Shown one piece after another: positions 45,071 through 46,176 of a stretch of DNA of 46,176 nucleotides (its first letter is position 1; each line of letters begins with the position of its first letter). Below the pieces are notes generated by a model, which searched no databases, was not told the origin of the DNA, and saw nothing but the letters and a program-made list of their open reading frames with translations. A program made the position numbers and the translations under genes. This DNA is from Faecousia sp. (GTDB lineage Bacteria > Bacillota > Clostridia > Oscillospirales > Oscillospiraceae), in assembly GCA_051887095.1 (NCBI GenBank), contig JBJEYY010000115.1, positions 1 through 46,176 on the forward strand. Direction: 5' to 3'.

Positions 45071-46033
45071 ATGTACGAGAAAAATTATACTGTTTTGAAG
45101 CAGGTCTGCCAGGAGAAGGCTGTAATCCGCCATGTATCCAAGCACCGCAACAGCGACGGAACCATGGATGTGGAAGGGAACCTTCGCATCTGGAACGATG
45201 CCATTGCCCGTTTTGACCAGATTCCCCTCTGGGAACAGGGCGCCCCGGGCTACGATGACCGGGACCCCCTGCAGCCCCAGCCCTCCCTGATTTTCGTGCC
45301 CGCCCAGGGGGTGTCCCAGAGCGTCGGGACCGTGATTGTCGCCCACGGCGGCGGCTTTGAAACCCGCACCGGCTGCGAGGGAATGCACGTTGCCAAATGG
45401 TTTTCCGACGCCGGCTTCAACACTGCCATCCTCACCTACCGCCTTCGCCCCTACAGCCGTCTGGATGCCATGGCCGATATGCAGCGGGCCATCCGGCTCC
45501 TGCGGCACCGGCGGGAGGAGCTGGGCATCACCGACCGGGTGGCCGTCATGGGTTTCTCCGCCGGGGGAATGCTCAGCGCCAACTGCGCCACCCATTTTGA
45601 CCTGGGCAAGCCCGACGCGGAGGACCCCATCGAGCGTGAATCCTGCCGCCCGGACGCCGCGGTTCTGGGCTACGGAGCCTTTGCCTTCGCGGGGCTTCCC
45701 GGGGGCTTCTTTGAGGATCCCTTTGGGAATACCACCCGCAATCCCTTCGTTGCCAACCGGGAGGAGCTGCTCTACCTGGCCCCTGAGGTGAACATCACCC
45801 GCCAAACGCCCCCCTTCTTCATCTGGCAGACCAACAGCGACGATCCCCGGCACAGCTTTACCCTGGGGCAGGCCCTCACCGCCATGGGCATCCCCTTCGA
45901 AATGCACCTGTTCCCCCAGGGTGTCCACGGTCTGGCCCTGGCCGATGGCAACAATGACCTTTCCATGGACATCCCCCACGTCGCCCGCTGGGCCTCCCTC
46001 TGCGCGGAGTGGCTGCGGGAGCAGGATATTTGA
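45071..46033 (+). CDS. Alpha/beta hydrolase (carbohydrate-esterase-like)
   Basis: HGGGF oxyanion motif, GFSAGG nucleophile elbow, PPFFIWQTNSDD, GVHGL; AAGGAGG RBS before the ATG at 45071. Confidence 0.88.
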   Translation: MYEKNYTVLKQVCQEKAVIRHVSKHRNSDGTMDVEGNLRIWNDAIARFDQIPLWEQGAPGYDDRDPLQPQPSLIFVPAQGVSQSVGTVIVAHGGGFETRTGCEGMHVAKWFSDAGFNTAILTYRLRPYSRLDAMADMQRAIRLLRHRREELGITDRVAVMGFSAGGMLSANCATHFDLGKPDAEDPIERESCRPDAAVLGYGAFAFAGLPGGFFEDPFGNTTRNPFVANREELLYLAPEVNITRQTPPFFIWQTNSDDPRHSFTLGQALTAMGIPFEMHLFPQGVHGLALADGNNDLSMDIPHVARWASLCAEWLREQDI

Positions 46034-46056
46034 TTGTACCTGTTTTCTTCCTGAGA

Positions 46057-46090
46057 AGAGCAGCCGATGTCCCCCGACACCGGCTGCTCT
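46057..46090 (+). terminator. Hairpin after the hydrolase gene, possible terminator
   Basis: AGAGCAGCCG...CGGCTGCTCT stem; the U-tract is weak. Confidence 0.45.
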
Positions 46091-46150
46091 CCCGTTTGCA
46101 CTTCTTTTTTCAAATAAAACGGTATGTGCTTATCGGCTTTACTCAGCTGC

Positions 46151-46176
46151 TCGGTAAAATGTTGTTTAGCGGTCCG
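46151..46176. repeat. Probable left outer end of an eleventh element, cut off by the window edge
   Basis: TCGGTAAAATGTTGTTTAGCG matches the outer-end consensus CGRTAAATTGTTGTTTA and the arm of copy 2. Confidence 0.55.

Overview
A GC-rich chromosomal segment, probably from a gut Clostridia/Oscillospiraceae-like organism (inferred from gene content and style). Left to right: the 5' end of smc; a 19-gene minus-strand Wzx/Wzy polysaccharide operon (814-21949) with a PglF/CapD-type dehydratase, FnlABC (UDP-L-FucNAc), six glycosyltransferases, an initiating phosphoglycosyl transferase, LicD, a Stealth protein and two PIG-L deacetylase + formyltransferase pairs; a TetR / MMPL / large GGIAG-repeat surface-protein module; a NahK-like kinase; the housekeeping run ktrB-ktrA-trmH-dprA-topA-trmFO-plsX-rnc; ade; tRNA-Asp; ogt; MATE; EamA; and an alpha/beta hydrolase. 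Two features stand out. (1) A candidate phase-variable translational-coupling switch: a G12 tract ends licD, and its -1 frame runs without a stop through a three-tier hairpin that covers the Shine-Dalgarno of the Stealth gene, stopping 3 nt before that gene's ATG. (2) Ten complete copies (plus one truncated) of a nested, modular TGTC-tagged REP/REPIN-like element with clear base-pair covariation, shuffled arms, invertible spacers and two identical collapsed forms. All calls come from reading the sequence by eye; no database searches or folding calculations were run.
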